From positions 9,365 to 41,364 of the forward strand of contig NZ_PGGB02000007.1 in assembly GCF_002803295.2 (NCBI RefSeq): a DNA stretch of 32,000 nucleotides. Direction: 5' to 3'. Source of the stretch: Caedibacter taeniospiralis. Lineage in GTDB: Bacteria; Pseudomonadota; Gammaproteobacteria; Francisellales; Francisellaceae. Below, piece after piece: positions 28,180 through 32,000 of the stretch. Positions within the stretch are counted from its first letter, which is position 1. Every line of letters begins with the position of its first letter. A program made the translations under genes and the position numbers. Under the pieces are notes generated by a model. The model searched no databases and was not told the DNA's origin. It saw nothing but the letters and a program-made list of their open reading frames with translations.

Positions 28180-29514
28180 TCACAGCGCTACCAACGTGTA
28201 AAATATGTGATTGATTCGTGGTCGCGGTAACGGATGGCGCTCTACATATTTATTAAAGTCCCACCAGTTCATTTTCCGCTTCTGGCTTCTTCGATTTAAC
28301 CACTTCAGCGTCTGTCTCATGGCTATCGAATAATACTTCGCTATCGAGGGGTAGTTTCCACTCACTCCGTAATATTCAAAATGCCCTCTTAGCTTCGCTT
28401 TCAGTATTTTCCACCACTCTTTTGTCGGGAGTACATTCCTAATCGATTTCAGCCACAAGTTCAAATCTTTGCACTTGGCTCGAAACTTCTTAGCGCTCGT
28501 TTTCCGACCCAGTTTGAAATACCCCTTTCTTGTCTTATCACAAAAATGGGTAAATCCTAGAAAATCAAACGTATTCGCCTTGCGTCCAGCATTCAAAGCA
28601 TTCAGCTTCTCAAACCGTCCAAAGCTTATGTTCCGACTCTTCTCTGGATGAAGCTGTAGTTCATGCTTGTTAAATCTATTCGCCAATGCCCGCTCAATCT
28701 TGCGGGCATCTTCCTGATACTGTATCAAGCACACAAAGTCATCTGCATACCTCACCAGCCTGCAAAATCCTTCAACGTGCTGCTTTACCGTATCTTCAAA
28801 CCATTTATCTAATACATAATGCAAAAATATATTCGCCAACATCGGACTTAATATACTCCCTTGTGGCGTACCTTTCTCCGTGTCGATCAATACCCCTTTA
28901 TCTATGTACCCCGCCCTTAAAAAGCAGTCTATCAGATGTAGCAAACTCGTATCCTTCACCCGTATCTTCACAAAGTCCTTCAGTTTCTCGTGCGATACGT
29001 TATCGAAGAACCCCTTTATATCCGCTTCCACCAAATGGTTCACAGGTTGGGTCATGATCGCCTTATCGACTTCATTTAACGCCTGATGAGTATTCCTTCC
29101 TGGTCTAAACCCATACGAGCATTCCAGAAAGTCCTGTTCATATATGCTTTGCAGAATCAGCATTATACCGCTCTCAACAATCTTGTTCTCAATTGCAGAG
29201 ATACCTAACGGGCGGCTTTCACCATTTCCTTTAGGGATATATACCCTTCTACTTGGCATTGGCTTAAATGTCTTGCGCTTTAATCGCATGACCAGATTCT
29301 CTATCTTATCCGCTACGTCCACGCCATATTCTTGCCAACTTACTTTGTCTATTCCTACCGCCTTGTTTCTATCAAGTCCATAGTAGCAATAGCTGAGAAA
29401 CTCCGCGTCAAGTAAATGAGCCAGGCTCGTAAACTCAAAACTTCGATTCCCTCGCGCGCACTCTGCTATAGAAGACAACTTCAACAATGTTTTATTCAAC
29501 TCTGCGTTTGACAT
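28180..29514 (-). CDS. Group II intron reverse transcriptase/maturase (no endonuclease domain)
   Basis: RT blocks are present, including RPLGISAIENKIV, GTPQGSILSPMLANIFL and RYADDFV (YADD), plus an X/maturase region FLGF...RGHFEYYGVSGN. It ends without an HNH/En domain. The ATG is at 29514; the track start at 29517 is a GTG. Confidence 0.9.
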   Translation of the reverse strand: MSNAELNKTLLKLSSIAECARGNRSFEFTSLAHLLDAEFLSYCYYGLDRNKAVGIDKVSWQEYGVDVADKIENLVMRLKRKTFKPMPSRRVYIPKGNGESRPLGISAIENKIVESGIMLILQSIYEQDFLECSYGFRPGRNTHQALNEVDKAIMTQPVNHLVEADIKGFFDNVSHEKLKDFVKIRVKDTSLLHLIDCFLRAGYIDKGVLIDTEKGTPQGSILSPMLANIFLHYVLDKWFEDTVKQHVEGFCRLVRYADDFVCLIQYQEDARKIERALANRFNKHELQLHPEKSRNISFGRFEKLNALNAGRKANTFDFLGFTHFCDKTRKGYFKLGRKTSAKKFRAKCKDLNLWLKSIRNVLPTKEWWKILKAKLRGHFEYYGVSGNYPSIAKYYSIAMRQTLKWLNRRSQKRKMNWWDFNKYVERHPLPRPRINHIFYTLVAL

Positions 29515-30200
29515 CACTCAAACTATCCTCTTGCGTTAAATTGCCAGCCCCTTCGAGTGGATTAGCCTCTGACCCTTCTCAGAGCTTCAATCTATCCTCG
29601 ATAGGCATTACCCTACCTACTCCTCTACTACGAACCAGTCCGACTACCTTGCTAAACCATCACCTCGTTTCTTCAACTTGCATGACAGCATTCAGAAATA
29701 GCAAGGTTCTCCCAAGTTCCAAAACAATCAGTTCATCTACCCGCTACGGACTCAGACCCCGACACCTCCGCGCATACTCGCCTGTTTACTTTGGGTTGTG
29801 CCAAACTTTTTTAAAAAAAAAAAAAAAACACATGCTCTAGTTTCGTATACAGCAGTTCTGATTTCAGGCAAATGAAAACCCTGATCAGGTGTGACGTTGA
29901 TTTATTACGGGGCTCAATACCTTCACTTGCGTTGTGGCTGATAGACCGCCCTTGCTACAGCTTCATACGCTGCGAGCCATGGACCTATGTGTAGTTCGGT
30001 TCCAGACCGGTGGCTAACCTTTATCTGGGCTGGATTGTCCAGCTTGATTGCCTTAGCTTTGCTTGGCGCACTCATAATTTTCTCCTGGGTTTGATTGATA
30101 ATTAACGTTTAGTTGTGTGGATGATAATGCCTTCAAAACGATCACATAAGAGCAAAATTTGGTCAATTGTGATAAAAATTACCATTGCTTATTTTTAACC

Positions 30201-31184
30201 TTAAACAATTATTGTTCCATTGCTCACATCCTGTCGCCAACAGCTGAGCATGAATTTTTCTACGTCTAAATAGCGCCCTTGTGATATGACAAAGGTATCC
30301 AAATTCCGCTCTATTTCCCAATTTTTGAGGACTTGTACCAGGGGGACTGTCTGCATATCGGTCAAACTAACAAGTCCGTTATCTAACATGGCAAACCCTA
30401 AATGCTGCCTTATAAGCTCACTCACCGATAAGTGCATTGACACCCGTGCTATCAAATTCAGCTGTACCGTTTTATGTTGATTGTCTTGTGAAAAGGTAAT
30501 CATCCCAGTTTCAAAAGGAGTCGCAATATAATCTAAATGGCGCAGATCTTCTGGCTGTTCAATCGGGTGACCTAAGGTGTCTAAAAAGCTTTGACTGCAA
30601 TATAGACCAAACTTTCCCTGCAAAGTAATCACTACTTTCCATTTGTCTTGATCAATTAAGTGGAGATTTTTTCTAGGCATCATTAATAAATCAAAGCTTT
30701 GTGCCAGACCCCTGATATGTGAACCAAAGCGTTCAAACATCGCAGGTGTGATCATTGTAATGTCAAAAATAATGTTGGGGAACTGAGTACGCAACGGAGC
30801 GAGCATGTACTTCACAAAGTAATGGTAAGACAAAGGAAACACGCCCATTTTGTAGGTGATTTTATCTCCAAAATTGTATAGGGTATCGACGTCTATATCC
30901 AGTTGTTCAATTTTAGGATAAATGGTTGCATATAGGCGTTGCCCAAACTCTGTTAATACAATTCCTTTGATACCACTGTCGTCTGAAATGATTTTTTGAT
31001 TAAAGGCAGACTCTAGCGTACGAATATACTCCCTGGCTGTTTTGATATTTACATTGAGCTTTTCCGCTGCACTCTTACGCGTTCCAAGTTTAACAAGTTC
31101 AGAAAAGTAAACCAGCTCGCGAGAGTAGCGAAAAATATCAATTTTGGATGCGCTCATTGCCAAATTTTCCCTGTTGTGAATCAT
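30201..31184 (-). CDS. LysR-family transcriptional regulator
   Basis: It has an N-terminal wHTH (LVYFSELVKLGTRKSAAEKLNVNIKTAREYIRTLESAFNQKI...LTEFGQRLY) and a ~200-aa substrate-binding-like C-terminal part. An alternative ATG lies at 31157. Confidence 0.8.
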   Translation of the reverse strand: MIHNRENLAMSASKIDIFRYSRELVYFSELVKLGTRKSAAEKLNVNIKTAREYIRTLESAFNQKIISDDSGIKGIVLTEFGQRLYATIYPKIEQLDIDVDTLYNFGDKITYKMGVFPLSYHYFVKYMLAPLRTQFPNIIFDITMITPAMFERFGSHIRGLAQSFDLLMMPRKNLHLIDQDKWKVVITLQGKFGLYCSQSFLDTLGHPIEQPEDLRHLDYIATPFETGMITFSQDNQHKTVQLNLIARVSMHLSVSELIRQHLGFAMLDNGLVSLTDMQTVPLVQVLKNWEIERNLDTFVISQGRYLDVEKFMLSCWRQDVSNGTIIV

Positions 31185-31264
31185 AACAGTGAGAGATATA
31201 GCTCAAAGCTTTAAGATTTACAAGTCAAGTCAAAGCATAATAGGGCGCATTTCAGAGAAATCTT

Positions 31265-31365
31265 GGCTTGTGCAAATAATTCGCCCAAGCGTGTCGGTGT
31301 GAGTAATCAGTGTCCGTCACACTGACAACTCACAATTAGTGATGGGCGTCAATATAGTCATCACC
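31265..31365. mobile_element. MITE-like palindromic element, copy 3 (101 bp), upstream of the lysR start
   Basis: Same element as copies 1 and 2. It is flanked by a perfect 8-bp direct repeat GAAATCTT (31257-31264 and 31366-31373). Confidence 0.85.
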
Positions 31366-31537
31366 GAAATCTTCCATTACAAAATGGTCGTTTATTAGCA
31401 AAAATTTGGTAAATGTTATAAGAAGCTCTTTTATCAAAATGGCGCACAGATGCACTGGCAATTTCCTCCCAAGATCGCTACCATGTCCCAAAGCTTCTAT
31501 TTTACGTGGCATCACCTATGGCTAAGAAAATTTATAA

Positions 31538-32000
31538 AGGACGGATGAGTTATTATATGAATGCCGGGTGAAACTGCCTAATATCGAAATTGTGCATCTG
31601 CTAAATTACTACTTCAAAATCTGGTTTAACACGCGCTTAGGTGTGCAATATCAATCGTTTTTAAATAATCTGGTCGAAGGCAAGGTAGAGAAGTTCAGTG
31701 AGCAATTAAATACTTATCTCACCGAAGCCTTAAGTGTCAGAGACACGGGTTACACCGCCGAGAAGTTTTATCACGGATTAGTTTTGGGTTTGATTGCCTC
31801 ATTAAGAGCGACGCATCTTATCCACTCCAATCGTGAATCAGGGGATGGTTATCCCGATGTGCTTATTTATCCTTTGGCAAATAATCAAAAGCACGATTTA
31901 GGCATTGTGATGGAATTTAAGCATGCCAGGGAAGATGGCAGCGAAAACCTGGAGAAACTCGCCAAGCAAGCGTTAAGCCAGATTGAGCAAAAAAATTATG
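31538..32000 (+). pseudogene. 3' fragment of an AAA-ATPase-like/PD-(D/E)XK (DUF1703-type) gene; open to the window end, no start codon
   Basis: Absent from the ORF track. The frame is open from 31538, after a TAA at 31535. My translation is ...VKLPNIEIVHLLNYYFKIWF...FYHGLVLGLIASLRATHLIHSNRESGDGYPDVLIYPL...LGIVMEFKHAR...ALSQIEQKNY. The pattern (PN.EV, FYHG..LGL, SNRESG.G..D, hhhE.K) matches the C-terminal nuclease domain of this family. The expected upstream ~350 aa are missing. Confidence 0.55.

Larger units (their letters stand above)
28109..30071 (-). mobile_element. Bacterial group II intron (~1.96 kb), apparently intact; 3' boundary approximate (+/-15 nt)
   Basis: The minus-strand 5' end reads GUGCGCC at 30071. 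Domain V lies at 28168-28136. A short DVI-like stem GUGAGGG...UCUUCAC ends ...CACAU at 28109. The RT/maturase ORF lies in domain IV. Confidence 0.85.

Noticed and set aside
28180-29517. Reverse transcriptase considered as a retron, DRT or Abi-type defence RT
   Set aside because: It is flanked by a GUGCG 5' end and a canonical domain V 12 nt downstream of its stop, and it has an X/maturase domain. This is a standard group II intron IEP.
28469-29840. Plus-strand ORFs 28469-28651, 28686-29057, 28880-29086, 29144-29383 and 29487-29840
   Set aside because: They are antisense to the intron RT gene or ribozyme RNA and have no motifs.
30072-30086. AGGAGAAAATTATGA at the very end of the intron 5' exon, considered as an interrupted gene start
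   Set aside because: Conceptual splicing with my approximate 3' site gives only a 10-codon ORF (MIVLNINKYK). The 3' boundary is uncertain, so no interrupted gene can be supported.

Overview
This is an AT-rich (by eye) gammaproteobacterial chromosomal window. The gene content looks Legionellales-like, but that is inference only and I cannot name the organism.

Positions 1-25.5 kb are mostly housekeeping genes: a partial NhaP-type antiporter, mlaA, an EmrB-like MFS pump, glnE, purL, 5-formyl-THF cyclo-ligase, a BolA-like gene, rlmE, a PduO-type adenosyltransferase and an MscS channel. On the minus strand follow ispD-ftsB-eno, engB, a low-molecular-weight tyrosine phosphatase (LMW-PTP), an EamA transporter, greA and clpB. 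clpB is divergent from an ibpA-like sHSP gene, and a URA3-like pyrF follows.

Two toxin-antitoxin cassettes sit back to back at 17.65-19.35 kb: RES/Xre-DUF2384 and HEPN/MNT.

Positions 25.6-32 kb look like decayed accessory DNA. They hold a 5'-truncated 729-codon orphan ORF with a Cys-rich C-terminus, a RecE-like PD-(D/E)XK N-terminal fragment, and an apparently intact endonuclease-less group II intron (GUGCG 5' end, canonical domain V, YADD reverse transcriptase). A LysR regulator and a promoterless 3' fragment of a DUF1703/PD-(D/E)XK gene complete the region.

The most striking signal is a 101-109 bp palindromic MITE-like element. It occurs in three copies, each flanked by about 8-bp direct repeats. 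One copy sits inside glnE, where element plus duplication equals exactly 117 bp (39 codons) with no stop codon. This resembles the Rickettsia RPE situation.

No rRNA, tRNA or CRISPR array was seen. All homology calls come from motif recognition by eye, not from searches.
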